From the NCBI GenBank assembly GCA_963674745.2, contig CAXXDV010000001.1:896001-960000 (forward strand): a DNA stretch of 64,000 nucleotides. Reading direction: 5' to 3'. Origin of the DNA: Desulfosudaceae bacterium. GTDB lineage: Bacteria; Desulfobacterota; Desulfobacteria; Desulfobacterales; Desulfosudaceae. The position numbers were made by a program, and so were the translations under genes. The notes below the pieces were generated by a model. It saw only the letters and a list, made by a program, of their open reading frames with translations. It had not been told where the DNA came from and did no database searches. Shown here piece by piece: positions 1 through 9,421 of the stretch. Position 1 is the stretch's first letter. The number at the start of each line of letters is the position of its first letter.

Positions 1-524
1 ACCATTATTTCCCGACCAAGAAAGAGCTGTCTGAAGCCGTGAGCATTCGTTTTTACACTGACTTTTTTAAGCAATCGGCTTTATGGCTGGCCGTGATCCC
101 GGACGGGCCCCACAACCGGATATCGCTTTCCGATGGCCTGTCCCTTTATATCAACAGCCTTCTTGAATACTTGTTCGCGCATCACCATGGCCCGGCCATT
201 ATCATGCAGAACATGGCCCAACCGGATCCGGGCCTGACGTTGCCGGCTTTTGAGTTTACCTTGCGTTTTTACAATGATATCGCCAACCGTTTAAAACAAT
301 TATTGCCCCTCAAGGCGGGGGAAAAAGAAATCCGCATGTGGCAGTACTGCCTGGTCACGCTGATATCGACCTGCGTGGGCGGGCCGGATTATCCGGCCCG
401 CATCATCGGCCTGTCCCCAAAAGGAAGTCAATACCGGCAGTGGGTGTTTTCAACGCTGATATTTCTGTTTTACCCCGGATTGAAAAAAATGATAACCCGG
501 ACATCCGATCCGGATATTGACTGA
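1..524 (+). CDS. TetR/AcrR family regulator, 5'-partial
   Basis: Frame open from base 3, reading HYFPTKKELSEAV, like the end of a TetR HTH; stop at 522-524. Confidence 0.6.
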   Translation, partial: HYFPTKKELSEAVSIRFYTDFFKQSALWLAVIPDGPHNRISLSDGLSLYINSLLEYLFAHHHGPAIIMQNMAQPDPGLTLPAFEFTLRFYNDIANRLKQLLPLKAGEKEIRMWQYCLVTLISTCVGGPDYPARIIGLSPKGSQYRQWVFSTLIFLFYPGLKKMITRTSDPDID

Positions 525-576
525 CACCCTGCAGGACAGCAGAAGCGCGCCTGCAACCCCGGGGAGGCCCATTGAT

Positions 577-912
577 TTATATTGCCATAAAACCCAGGGC
601 CAGCATCGTCAGCATCGCCGCGCTGATGTAAAATGATCGATAATTCAACGCTTTTTCCAGTTCCTGTTTCCAGAAAAACCCTTTTCCCATGGCCGCCCGG
701 ACGGCTTTTAAAGAAGGCCATAAGGGGGTTTCAGACACGGATTGATAGGGCCTTTGCTTTACATCACTTCTTTCATTTTCGACCATCAGCAGTTTCAGGT
801 CCTCACCGCCCCGGTGGGATGATGAGACGAAAAGGTTTTCCCCGACTGCACACGGGTTAAGCATCTGTAAAAACGGGCCTGTATTTCCATTGAATTGTGC
901 CTGTGTCATCAT
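577..912 (-). CDS. Hypothetical protein with C-terminal hydrophobic anchor
   Basis: ATGA overlap with the merR-family stop at 909-912; C-terminal TM-like stretch. Confidence 0.45.
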   Translation of the reverse strand: MMTQAQFNGNTGPFLQMLNPCAVGENLFVSSSHRGGEDLKLLMVENERSDVKQRPYQSVSETPLWPSLKAVRAAMGKGFFWKQELEKALNYRSFYISAAMLTMLALGFMAI

Positions 913-1688
913 GATTTTTTCCTCCTGCTGCATTTTGGTTTCCGCAATCCGGTCTCTGTCTTTACTGGTTCTTCGACTTTCGCGGGTTCTTCTTTGGACG
1001 GCACTTCTTTTTCCAGCTTTGCGAAAAACATTGATATTTCTTTTCCCCTCTGCCTCAACAGCCGCCGCCAGCGTTCGATTCCTTTTTCCAGAAGCTTGAT
1101 TTTGTTGTTCAAATAATCCATCTGCGCTTTCATCTGCGGCAACCGGCCGCCCATTTCCGCCAGGCTGTTACGCTCTTTGTCCTTTTTGAACGAAAGGTAG
1201 TCCCGGACCAGCTCGGCCAGCACCTTGATTTCATCCAGCGTGTATCCGAACAGCTGCAGATCCTGAATGTACTGGCAAACCTTGACATAGGATTCGGGAT
1301 AAAGGCGAAAGCCGCCCGGCGTATAACTTTCCGGCTCGATGATGCCTTTTTCTTCCCAGTGCTTGATGGTTCTTGGATTGGAGTCGATCCGTTTAGCCAA
1401 CTCACCGACGGTCAACAGCGGCATGCCTGATGCGTGGCGTTTGGCCCCTTTGCTCGGTATACCGACTTTTCGGCGGATCCGGATGACCTCATCAAGTGAA
1501 TAACCGATATCCAGCAGCTTGAAAATCGTATCGGCGGCCTCAAGCCCGCTCTGGTCAAAATACGGCGTATCACCATCCACCCGGCCGGCCGGCACAAGCA
1601 CCTGGGCTTCAACCAGCTTATCCAGCACAGCCTTCTCAATACCGGTCTTACTAATGAACTCTTCCTGATTGTAAATGTGCTCGACCAT
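909..1688 (-). CDS. MerR family regulator with two HTH-like modules
   Basis: LTVGELAKRIDSNPRTIKHWEEKGII...GGFRLY MerR motif plus an N-terminal MerR-like helix set. Confidence 0.85.
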   Translation of the reverse strand: MVEHIYNQEEFISKTGIEKAVLDKLVEAQVLVPAGRVDGDTPYFDQSGLEAADTIFKLLDIGYSLDEVIRIRRKVGIPSKGAKRHASGMPLLTVGELAKRIDSNPRTIKHWEEKGIIEPESYTPGGFRLYPESYVKVCQYIQDLQLFGYTLDEIKVLAELVRDYLSFKKDKERNSLAEMGGRLPQMKAQMDYLNNKIKLLEKGIERWRRLLRQRGKEISMFFAKLEKEVPSKEEPAKVEEPVKTETGLRKPKCSRRKKS

Positions 1689-1723
1689 AAAAACCTTCGT
1701 CTACGTATGTTTTTATTTAAAAG

Positions 1724-1762
1724 TATACCTAAACGTATAGTTACTATTTTTGCCTGTGTCAA
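1724..1762 (-). promoter_or_regulatory. Sigma70-type promoter of the merR gene with overlapping palindrome
   Basis: Minus strand TTGACA-N17-TATACG; palindrome TATAC-N6-GTATA at 1724-1739. Confidence 0.55.
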
Positions 1763-2013
1763 GTTTTTTTTGAAATTATGATAAAAGCACTTCTTTTAAA
1801 CTTAAAAAATGCGCCGCAGATCCCCGGGTGCAGCCAACAAACACCTTGACATGAAAGGGCCGCAGGGTTATTGTACATTTGTATAAATTGGGGCAAAACA
1901 ACTCTTTAAAAATTTTCGGCTGTTGTGTCAGGGCACGGGTACCGGATGTCCGGACATTCACGTTTATAATAACCCGCGATTTTGATTGATCACATCCAGG
2001 AGAGACGCCACCC

Positions 2014-3267
2014 ATGACAGCACTAAAACAGCAGCACCGCATGATTGAAAAGGCCTTACGGGAATATGCGGAAAAAGAAATTATGCCCCGGATTCCAGCC
2101 TTTGAAAGCGGTCAGGAACCGCCCTATGCGTTAATGCGCCGAATGATGACGGACATTCTCGGCGCCGACTGGATCAAGCAATCCCTGCTGAAACGGGTGG
2201 ACAAAATGGACCGGGGGGAATGGGACAAGAATAAATCCAAAGGGGCCATGGATATTATGGAAGGCATGGACCCCTTGATGGCATCGATCGTGATCAAGGA
2301 ACTGTCCCGGGTCAGCCCCGGGTTCTGCATGTCATGGGGTGCCGCTGTCGGACTTTGTGGCGCCAACATTCTGGACAAGGGAACAGCAGACCAGATCCGG
2401 CAATATGCCGTACCGGCGATTACCATGGAAAAAATCGGGGCCTGGGCGCTGACGGAACCCGAGGCGGGTTCAGACGCCCTGGGGTCAATGAAAACAACCG
2501 CCCGGAAAACCGGTGACGGTTATGTCCTAAACGGCAGCAAGACGTTCATTACCAACGCGCCTTTTGCCGATATTTTTGTCGTTTACGCCAAATTGGATCA
2601 GGGCCAACCCGAATCAGAACAAATTCCCCACGCTTTCATTGTTGAACGGGGCATGAAAGGACTTTCCACAGGTGCGCCCTTAAAGAAAATGGGGATGAAG
2701 GATTCGCCCACCGGAGAGGTGTTTCTGGATGATGTGCTTGTGCCGGCGGAGAATATTCTCGGTGGAAAAGAGCACCGGTCCGGACGCCGGGAAGTCAAAT
2801 CATCCCTGGGTACGGAACGTTCCGGGATCTGCCCCATGTGCCTGGGAATCATTGAAAAATGTTATGAACTGACGGTGCAGTATGCCAGAAAGCGTAAACA
2901 GTTCGGCCGCCCCATCGGTGAATTCCAGGCCGTTCAACTGCAGATCGCCAACATGTATATTCATCTGCAGAACTGCTGGGCCATCGTACTTCGCCTGGCT
3001 GAAATGGCCGCAACCGGGCAACAGGACATGGCTTATGTATGTGCGACCAAGGCCTATGCGGGCAAAGCAGCGGTGGAGGTGGCCCTGGACGCCATTCAGA
3101 TCCATGGCGGCTACGGTTACATGGAAGAATACCATATTGAAAAGCTCATGCGTGACGCCAAGCTTCTGGAAATCGGGGCCGGGACAACCCACATCAACCT
3201 GCTGACGGCGGCCCGACTGGAACTGGGGATAAAATCAACAGATAGCGGAAAAGGAGATGAAAAATGA
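2014..3267 (+). CDS. Acyl-CoA dehydrogenase
   Basis: ALTEPEAGSD, LNGSKTFITN, RKQFGRPI, QIHGGYGY, EIGAGT motifs. Confidence 0.95.
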   Translation: MTALKQQHRMIEKALREYAEKEIMPRIPAFESGQEPPYALMRRMMTDILGADWIKQSLLKRVDKMDRGEWDKNKSKGAMDIMEGMDPLMASIVIKELSRVSPGFCMSWGAAVGLCGANILDKGTADQIRQYAVPAITMEKIGAWALTEPEAGSDALGSMKTTARKTGDGYVLNGSKTFITNAPFADIFVVYAKLDQGQPESEQIPHAFIVERGMKGLSTGAPLKKMGMKDSPTGEVFLDDVLVPAENILGGKEHRSGRREVKSSLGTERSGICPMCLGIIEKCYELTVQYARKRKQFGRPIGEFQAVQLQIANMYIHLQNCWAIVLRLAEMAATGQQDMAYVCATKAYAGKAAVEVALDAIQIHGGYGYMEEYHIEKLMRDAKLLEIGAGTTHINLLTAARLELGIKSTDSGKGDEK

Positions 3268-4172
3268 CAGACATCAGGTTTGATGGCAGAGTAGCGATTG
3301 TAACCGGCGCCGGTGCCGGACTGGGCAGGACTTACGCCCTGGCCCTGGCCGAGCGGGGCGCCAGGGTGGTGGTCAATGATTTAGGCGGGTCCCGGGACGG
3401 CACCGGCGCCAGCACCAGCGCGGCAGACGTCGTGGTTGACGAAATAAAAAAAGCCGGCGGAGAAGCGGCGGCCAACTATGATTCCGTGGCCACAAAAGAA
3501 GGCGGTGAAAACATCGTCAAAACAGCCGTGGACGCTTTTGGCAAAGTGGATATTGTCATCAATAACGCCGGTATCTTGCGGGATAAAAGCTTTGTCAAAA
3601 TGGGCGAGGATGAGTGGGACCTGGTTGTCGGCGTGCATTTAAAAGGGGCTTTTTGCGTCACCCAGCCGGCCTTTAAAATCATGCGTGAAAACGGCTATGG
3701 CCGGATCGTCAACACCACCTCCGGTGCCGGTCTTTACGGCAACTTCGGCCAGAGCAACTACTGCTCGGCCAAAATGGGCCTGGTCGGACTGATGAACAAC
3801 CTGGCCATCGAAGGCGCCAAATATGATATCAAATGCAATACCATCGCGCCGATTGCCGCTTCCAGGTTGACCGAAGATGTCATGCCGCCCAATTTGTTTG
3901 AAAAGCTGCAGCCTGAATTTATCACCCCGCTGGTACTTTACCTGGCCTCTGAGACCAACACGGAAACCAAAAAAATCTTTAACTGTGCGGCCGGATGGTT
4001 CAGCCGGGCGGAAGTGATTTGCGCGCCAGGCGCCATCATCGGCGATGGGAAAAGGGCCATCTCGCCCGAAGAAATTCAACAGAACTGGGAAAAAATCATG
4101 AGCATGGACGAAGCCAAACCGTTGGGGTCGGTGGCGGAATCCTTTGCTTTTCTGGGACCGCTGCTGTCATAA
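3264..4172 (+). CDS. SDR oxidoreductase (MFE-2-like hydroxyacyl-CoA dehydrogenase)
   Basis: TGAGAGLG, NDLGG, NNAGILRD, YCSAK. Confidence 0.9.
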   Translation: MTDIRFDGRVAIVTGAGAGLGRTYALALAERGARVVVNDLGGSRDGTGASTSAADVVVDEIKKAGGEAAANYDSVATKEGGENIVKTAVDAFGKVDIVINNAGILRDKSFVKMGEDEWDLVVGVHLKGAFCVTQPAFKIMRENGYGRIVNTTSGAGLYGNFGQSNYCSAKMGLVGLMNNLAIEGAKYDIKCNTIAPIAASRLTEDVMPPNLFEKLQPEFITPLVLYLASETNTETKKIFNCAAGWFSRAEVICAPGAIIGDGKRAISPEEIQQNWEKIMSMDEAKPLGSVAESFAFLGPLLS

Positions 4173-4194
4173 CCCGGAATTTAAGACTCAAACA

Positions 4195-4233
4195 GGCCTT
4201 TTGCGGGCGACCGGAAGACCGCCCGCAAAGGCC
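4195..4233 (+). terminator. GC-rich hairpin after SDR gene
   Basis: GGCCTTTTGCGGGCG...CGCCCGCAAAGGCC inverted repeat; no U-tract on plus strand. Confidence 0.4.
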
Positions 4234-4281
4234 GCAGACACCTAAGAGACAACCGATTAATCATTAACCTGAGGAGGGGGG

Positions 4282-4533
4282 ATGAAAATATCCGTTTTTG
4301 GTTTGTCAATCATCTGGGGCGCTTTCTGGGGAATGGCCGCGTTTTACTGTGTATTTCTGTCTTTTCTGGGGTTTGAGACGCCCTATAAACTGGTATGCGA
4401 ACTTTGTTTCGGGTTGATTCCGCCCTCTTTGTTCGGCGCCATTGTAGCCAGTGCCTTCGGTTTTGCCATGGGCTTTGGTTCGGCGCTCTTCGGCGGCACG
4501 GTCTATAATTTTATTGCCGTGCTGACCGAATAA
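4282..4533 (+). CDS. Small membrane protein
   Basis: GAGGAGG RBS, 83 aa, hydrophobic helices. Confidence 0.7.
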   Translation: MKISVFGLSIIWGAFWGMAAFYCVFLSFLGFETPYKLVCELCFGLIPPSLFGAIVASAFGFAMGFGSALFGGTVYNFIAVLTE

Positions 4534-4642
4534 GGGTTTCGTAAAAAGTCTGAATGCAGCCAGGCGGCTGGGGGCCAAGCGGCTGAGGGCCAGGCGGCGC
4601 CGGGTCCTTGAAAATTTCACGTACTTTTATGTACGCGCATCC

Positions 4643-5410
4643 TCAGAATTTGCCGTGACGCCCTTGGCCACCGGCAAAGCGCCCGGCCCCGGCAACCGTT
4701 TCACCGCTTTCGATGGTCTTTAAGCCCAGCCGGAATTCGTTTTGCATGGCACCTGAAAAATCAAGATCAAACTGTTCGTAGGCTGACCGGCGGTCACTGC
4801 GCATGCAGTTTTCCGGAAAAGCGGCGATCTGTTTGCCCAGATTCACCGCCTCGGTCAGGGCGGAACCGTCCGGCACGAGCCGGTTGGCCAGCCCCATGGA
4901 CAGGGCCTCCTCTGCTGGTATTGGCCGGCCGGTCAGAATCATGTCCAGGGCGCGGGAAAGGCCGATCAGCCGGGGAAGACGGACCGTACCGCCGTCAATG
5001 AGCGGTACGCCCCAGCGCCGGCAGAACACCCCGAACACGGCACTTTCTTCAACCACCCGCAGGTCACACATCAGGGCCAGTTCCAAACCACCGGCCACGG
5101 CGTAACCTGCCACGGCCGCGATTACCGGCTTTGAAAAGACCATGCGGGAAGGCCCCATGGGGCCGTCCCCATCCGGCGCCATTCGATTGATGGTATCCCC
5201 TCCCTGTGAAACGCTTTTCAAATCAGCGCCGGCGCAAAAATTACCGCCGGTGCCGGTCAGAACAGCCACTTTGGCCTCTTGATTATTTTCAAAATGTCGG
5301 AAAGCTTCGGCCAGAGCCTCGGCTGTCGGGCGATTGACCGCGTTTCTCACTTCGGGCCGGTTGATGGTGATGATGGTCACCGGCCCGTCGGTGTCAGTCA
5401 ATACCAGCAT
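4643..5410 (-). CDS. Enoyl-CoA hydratase/isomerase (crotonase)
   Basis: NRPEVRNA, FCAGADL, AVAGGLELALMCD. Confidence 0.95.
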   Translation of the reverse strand: MLVLTDTDGPVTIITINRPEVRNAVNRPTAEALAEAFRHFENNQEAKVAVLTGTGGNFCAGADLKSVSQGGDTINRMAPDGDGPMGPSRMVFSKPVIAAVAGYAVAGGLELALMCDLRVVEESAVFGVFCRRWGVPLIDGGTVRLPRLIGLSRALDMILTGRPIPAEEALSMGLANRLVPDGSALTEAVNLGKQIAAFPENCMRSDRRSAYEQFDLDFSGAMQNEFRLGLKTIESGETVAGAGRFAGGQGRHGKF

Positions 5411-5479
5411 AATCAGTCCTTTTGCGCTTTTGGAGCAGTTTATTAAACCCGTTTTTTATTTTTCTTTGATTTTCATTAT

Positions 5480-5567
5480 CGCCAACGTCTGCGGTTAGCT
5501 GTGGCGCGGCTTGCCTGAGCGCAGCGAAAAGCAAGCCGTGGACATCAGCCACACCGCTTGGTTGGCC
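5480..5567 (-). repeat. attC site (mazEF cassette)
   Basis: CGCCAAC...GTTGGCC with internal stem CGGCTTGC/GCAAGCCG. Confidence 0.85.
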
Positions 5568-5569
5568 TA

Positions 5570-5905
5570 TTAATATATACAAGCATCTAATATTGACAGG
5601 ACTTCAGACAACAGTTCGTCGTTTCGTCGCTCGATACGCTTAACACGACGAGCACGGAAATCAACTGATTTTACTTGTTCAACCATGACGAAACCGGTCA
5701 ACTCGCTTGCCTTTGGAATTGGTACGTGAAAGGGAAAACCACGATCTGTATTTGTAATAGGACACACAATAGCCAAACCTGTGCTGCTATTGAACAGGTC
5801 CTTGCTGACAACTAGTGCCGGTCGACGCCCTTTTTGCTCATGACCAGCTTGCGGATCAAATGTAATCGCGATTAAGTCTCCCTGTTTGGGAATATAAGTC
5901 GCCAT
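5570..5905 (-). CDS. mazF: MazF/PemK toxin
   Basis: FDPQAGHEQKGRRPALVVS, CPIT. Confidence 0.95.
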   Translation of the reverse strand: MATYIPKQGDLIAITFDPQAGHEQKGRRPALVVSKDLFNSSTGLAIVCPITNTDRGFPFHVPIPKASELTGFVMVEQVKSVDFRARRVKRIERRNDELLSEVLSILDACIY

Positions 5906-6154
5906 TTACCAGACCTCTTTACCGACTGGTTTTCCCCAATCGGTTTCTTTGGCTTGGTGTTCTTTGGGAATTTTCGCCACAAGATCCTTGAGTTCATATT
6001 TCCTGCGCACTCTTTGGGCTGGGGTGACGATTAAGGAACCATCTTTCACAGAAATATTGACGTTATCGCCCACATTGATTTGTGCGTCCGAAAGCAAGGC
6101 CTTTGTGATGCGAAGGCCTTGGCTATTTCCCCATTTTTGAATTTTTGCAAGCAT
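5906..6154 (-). CDS. mazE: MazE/AbrB antitoxin
   Basis: KIQKWGNSQGLRI, C-terminal DWGKPVGKEVW. Confidence 0.95.
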   Translation of the reverse strand: MLAKIQKWGNSQGLRITKALLSDAQINVGDNVNISVKDGSLIVTPAQRVRRKYELKDLVAKIPKEHQAKETDWGKPVGKEVW

Positions 6155-6168
6155 AAAGCCACCTCCTG

Positions 6169-6209
6169 ATGTATATCCAAAGTATATACATTAAATGTTT
6201 GATGGTCAA
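6169..6209 (-). promoter_or_regulatory. mazEF promoter/operator
   Basis: TTGACC-N17-TATACT on minus strand; inverted repeat ATGTATAT/ATATACAT at 6169-6191. Confidence 0.75.
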
Positions 6210-6220
6210 GCGTTTTTTCA

Positions 6221-6342
6221 GGCCAACGGCGGGCGCCGCCGGCGAGCAGGGGTTGCAGACTTCGCTAAAGTGAGTTTAACACCAAACTATGCCAAGACAA
6301 AAGCAGCCCGTCCGCGAGTCCGTGTGAGTGGCATTGATAATC
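6221..6342 (-). repeat. attC, family A, degenerate R'' box
   Basis: GGCCAAC start; body homologous to 7625/8135/9296/62167; ends GATAATC instead of GTTAGCC. Confidence 0.75.
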
Positions 6343-6348
6343 ATTCAC

Positions 6349-6723
6349 TTATCTTTTTGGAAAATATTTTACTTTGCTCAAATCTTTGAAATCTGAATCT
6401 TGAGTCCATATCGTTGCGTTATATTCTTTTGCAGTTGCAATGATTATGCTATCAGCCATCGGAATGCCATTTTCCAAGCTTATTTTTGAGGCTGAAATAG
6501 CCAATGAACTCGTCAGGTCCACGACAGAACCTTTCCGCATCGCAACGACTGCCTGTAAGGCTTCATCCTCTCCAGATTCTCGAAGGACTACCTTAAAGAC
6601 CTCATAAATAGTTACTGTCGGGACAACAAGTGACGCCGTGTCTTTTAAGGGGGTGAGAAAGTGTTTAGCGTTTGGCTCATCAGCAAAATATGCAAGCCAA
6701 CCTGAAGAATCGACAATATTCAT
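6349..6723 (-). CDS. vapC: VapC PIN-domain toxin
   Basis: MNIVDSSGWL, ADSIIIATA, WTQDSDF. Confidence 0.92.
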   Translation of the reverse strand: MNIVDSSGWLAYFADEPNAKHFLTPLKDTASLVVPTVTIYEVFKVVLRESGEDEALQAVVAMRKGSVVDLTSSLAISASKISLENGIPMADSIIIATAKEYNATIWTQDSDFKDLSKVKYFPKR

Positions 6724-6926
6724 ACTCTGTCTTCCTCTCGTTCGAATTCCGTGTTTATCCCCTTGATAAAGCCACGCAGCTCTTTAATGTCTTTTTCTGG
6801 AATAAGTTCAATTCGACCAATGTATTCAACTACTTGCATTTTTTGCCCAGGACGAATCTGTAGTGCCTGCCTGACTGATTTTGGTATAACAACTTGAAAC
6901 TTGGGTGATACGGTTACAGTTTGCAT
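6720..6926 (-). CDS. vapB: AbrB/MazE-type antitoxin (VapB)
   Basis: VSPKFQVVIPKSVR; GGAGG RBS; overlaps vapC start. Confidence 0.9.
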   Translation of the reverse strand: MQTVTVSPKFQVVIPKSVRQALQIRPGQKMQVVEYIGRIELIPEKDIKELRGFIKGINTEFEREEDRV

Positions 6927-6957
6927 GATAAAACCTCCATCGATATTTTTTCGTAAT

Positions 6958-6986
6958 ACGATAGCACTATCGATACGGCTTGTCAA
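6958..6986 (-). promoter_or_regulatory. vapBC promoter/operator
   Basis: TTGACA-N17-TATCGT; short palindrome CGATAG...CTATCG. Confidence 0.65.
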
Positions 6987-7005
6987 ATTCTTTCTGATGG
7001 CTAAC

Positions 7006-7221
7006 GAGTCTGTAGGAAAAGTCTATTTTCGATAAATTTTATCTTTTTTCAGAAAAACACCTTCGTAGAATATATTTTATACTAAAACATAAAATCCTTG
7101 CAAACCATCTATTTTAGATGGCTTCACAGAGATCATACAAAATCTTATATAACTTTCAGGTTTTCAAAAATTGGCGGCAAAACCCTATGTTTTACTCAAA
7201 TTTTACTTTTTCTACAGCCTC
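7006..7221. mobile_element. 216-bp MITE / internally deleted IS
   Basis: 17-bp terminal inverted repeats (15/17 match) flanked by AAC direct repeats; no transposase. Confidence 0.75.
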
Positions 7222-7344
7222 AACGTCTTCAGCCAATGGGCGCCAGGGCTTCCTCTGACTGTCTTAAAGATGGTTAATGTTCAGTTTCCCCAAAATGTTC
7301 AAAACTCGAGTGCCCTGGCTATCATTTGGGCTGCTTGGTTAAGT
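7218..7344 (-). repeat. attC, family B
   Basis: AAC...GCCAGGGC/GCCCTGGC stem...GTTAAGT; homologous to 8784, 9957, 53110, 61683. Confidence 0.85.
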
Positions 7345-7631
7345 GCCCGCATTATTCAGAAAGACCTTAACGACAACATGGGCAAATAAAATAAAATGAT
7401 ATTTTTCTTTTTACGCTTTGTCCATCACGAACTTATGAAAACGGGTAGGTCTCTTTTCATCCGGACAAATAAAGGCGCATTATCATTCGGCCGCGCCAGT
7501 TCGAAAATAAAATTTATCTTTACTGGCCGAAAAATTCAACTTGGTGACAATTACCATTTTGGCAACGAATGTCGAATTCAGCCAAAATTCTTTTTTTTAT
7601 TTTTTTCCCGTACAGATTCAGTGCACTTAAC
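7345..7631. other. ORF-less gene cassette, copy A (candidate structured RNA/ssDNA)
   Basis: Bounded by GTTAAGT/ACTTAAC; no cassette-strand ORF; paralog at 10083-10366. Confidence 0.7.
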
Positions 7632-7746
7632 GTCCGCCACCACCGGCGAGCAGGGTTTGCGGACTTCTTAAATGTTAGTTCAACACCACACTATGCCAAA
7701 ACTAAGGCAGCACGCCCCTGCGAGTCTGTGTGAGTGGCGTTGATGT
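7625..7746 (-). repeat. attC, family A, 2-bp deletion in R''
   Basis: ACTTAAC start; ends CGTTGATGTG versus CGTTGTTATGTG in sister copy. Confidence 0.8.
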
Positions 7747-8118
7747 GAAATTTTTTATTGTTAATCCATTTTCCTCGAATAATGTATTATACAAGTCAAT
7801 CTTTCCGCCTTCTTTAATAAACCTTTCGATTTCATGATACATTTCATCTTTTCTGTTTAATGTAAATAGACAAAGGGACAAACAGAAAGACGCAATTTCT
7901 TTTTTGGGAAGAAGTTCTACAGCACGTTTTGCGTAAGGGATTGCGTTTTCGGAATCATTGAGTTCTGAATAATATAAAGTTGCTATCATTGACGCAGATA
8001 CACCGGATTTAGGGTACTTTTCAAGTATATGTTTAAATTCAATAATGGCTTCCTTTACTTTACCTTGGTTCTTTAAGTCAAAGGCGTGCTCATACATTTT
8101 TTCTTCTTCTGAATTCAT
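7702..8118 (-). CDS. TPR-like cassette protein
   Basis: GKVKEAIIEFKHILEKYP and ENAIPYAKRAVELLP TPR-like helices. Confidence 0.75.
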   Translation of the reverse strand: MNSEEEKMYEHAFDLKNQGKVKEAIIEFKHILEKYPKSGVSASMIATLYYSELNDSENAIPYAKRAVELLPKKEIASFCLSLCLFTLNRKDEMYHEIERFIKEGGKIDLYNTLFEENGLTIKNFTSTPLTQTRRGVLP

Positions 8119-8134
8119 ATGCTTAATCTATTAC

Positions 8135-8259
8135 ACATAACGTCCGCCACCACCGGCAAGCAGGGTTTACGGACTTCTTAAAATGTTAGTTCAACACCAC
8201 ACTATGCAAAAACAAAGGCAGCCCGCCCCTGCGAGTCTGTGTGGGTGGCGTTGTTATGT
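8135..8259 (-). repeat. attC, family A
   Basis: ACATAAC...GTTATGT. Confidence 0.9.
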
Positions 8260-8772
8260 GCCCAATAATTTAATCATATATATTAAAACAATGAGTTCTA
8301 ATAATGCGACAAAAGCACCGGCTATCACATGCGAGAATTTGACAAACCAATAAATATCGACCCGATCTGCCAGCCAGCCAATTCTGAACAAATATATTCC
8401 ATAAACTATTATTGCAGTTGGTAGGCCAAAGCTCCAGCGGAAACTACCTTCCGGAATACCTTGTAATACAAAAGTCACCAAGACTATTAAAGTAAAAGCT
8501 GCCAAAAATATGGCAAATAAAGCATGTATTCGAAAAATTTGCTTCACGAAACGTTGCTTGATTAATACATACAAACCACTGAGAAAGATCAGTAAACAAA
8601 AAGGGATATACCAAAATAAAGGTTGTACTTCGTCTAAAGAACCTTCATCGTAATAGATGGCAAACATTCCTCCAATTGCGAGCAAAAAGACAGTACCCGA
8701 ACATTTGACATTCAAGCGGAAAATATTTGCCAAGTCGACATTGTCATATTTTTCAACAAGGTGCGTAATCAC
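8254..8772 (-). CDS. Multi-pass membrane cassette protein
   Basis: About 5 hydrophobic segments; stop lies in the attC R'' box. Confidence 0.75.
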   Translation of the reverse strand: MITHLVEKYDNVDLANIFRLNVKCSGTVFLLAIGGMFAIYYDEGSLDEVQPLFWYIPFCLLIFLSGLYVLIKQRFVKQIFRIHALFAIFLAAFTLIVLVTFVLQGIPEGSFRWSFGLPTAIIVYGIYLFRIGWLADRVDIYWFVKFSHVIAGAFVALLELIVLIYMIKLLGT

Positions 8773-8783
8773 TTACATCCTGC

Positions 8784-8911
8784 ACATAACGGCGGCCGCC
8801 AATGGGAGCCAGGGTTTCCACTGACTTGCCGTAAAGATGGTTAATGTTCATTCCCCTCAAAAGTGCAAAACCCGGGTGCCCTGGCGATCCTCTTGCGATG
8901 CCTTGTTATGT
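8784..8911 (-). repeat. attC, family B
   Basis: ACATAAC...GTTATGT. Confidence 0.9.
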
Positions 8912-8933
8912 GTTTACGTTTTTTTTCTGTATC

Positions 8934-9263
8934 TTATGTCTCTTTATTCGAGGAATAGTTTTTAGTAACAATAATATTTATTATCAGCACGATAATTACA
9001 AAGACCGTAAAACAAAAATAAATTATAAACAAAGAAACAGAAGCTTTTTCGGAGATATCTTGCACTTTCGAAACATCTTTTAAGACCCCAATAATTTTTA
9101 TGGGGTCTGTTGTGTTATCAATCTCAGAACTTAAATCAGAAACTAAGGAGCTCGTCTGTGTACTTGGAAAACCCATAAGCACAAAAAAAAGAACTGATAT
9201 TGATACAATCAAACCGATAACATTGACACCAGATAGCCAAGATAGGTCTTTTCTTTTTTTCAC
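8934..9263 (-). CDS. Two-TM cassette protein
   Basis: GGAGG RBS, GTG start, two hydrophobic helices. Confidence 0.75.
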   Translation of the reverse strand: MKKRKDLSWLSGVNVIGLIVSISVLFFVLMGFPSTQTSSLVSDLSSEIDNTTDPIKIIGVLKDVSKVQDISEKASVSLFIIYFCFTVFVIIVLIINIIVTKNYSSNKET

Positions 9264-9295
9264 ATATTACCTCCGTACTTTCATAGCTGTGTGAC

Positions 9296-9419
9296 ACATA
9301 ACGTCTGCCACCACCGGCGAGCAGGGTTTACAGACTCAGCAAAAGTTCGTTCAACACCAAACTGTGCCAAAACCAAGGCCGCCCGCACCTGCGAGTCCGT
9401 GTGAGTGGCGTGGTTAGCA
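9296..9419 (-). repeat. attC, family A
   Basis: ACATAAC...GTTAGCA. Confidence 0.9.
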
Positions 9420-9421
9420 CG

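Noticed and set aside
4535..4640. Possible degenerate MITE-like repeat between convergent genes
   Set aside because: No second end or second copy visible in the window
7345..7631. Retron msr-msd or DGR template
   Set aside because: No reverse transcriptase in the window and differences between copies are not adenine-specific
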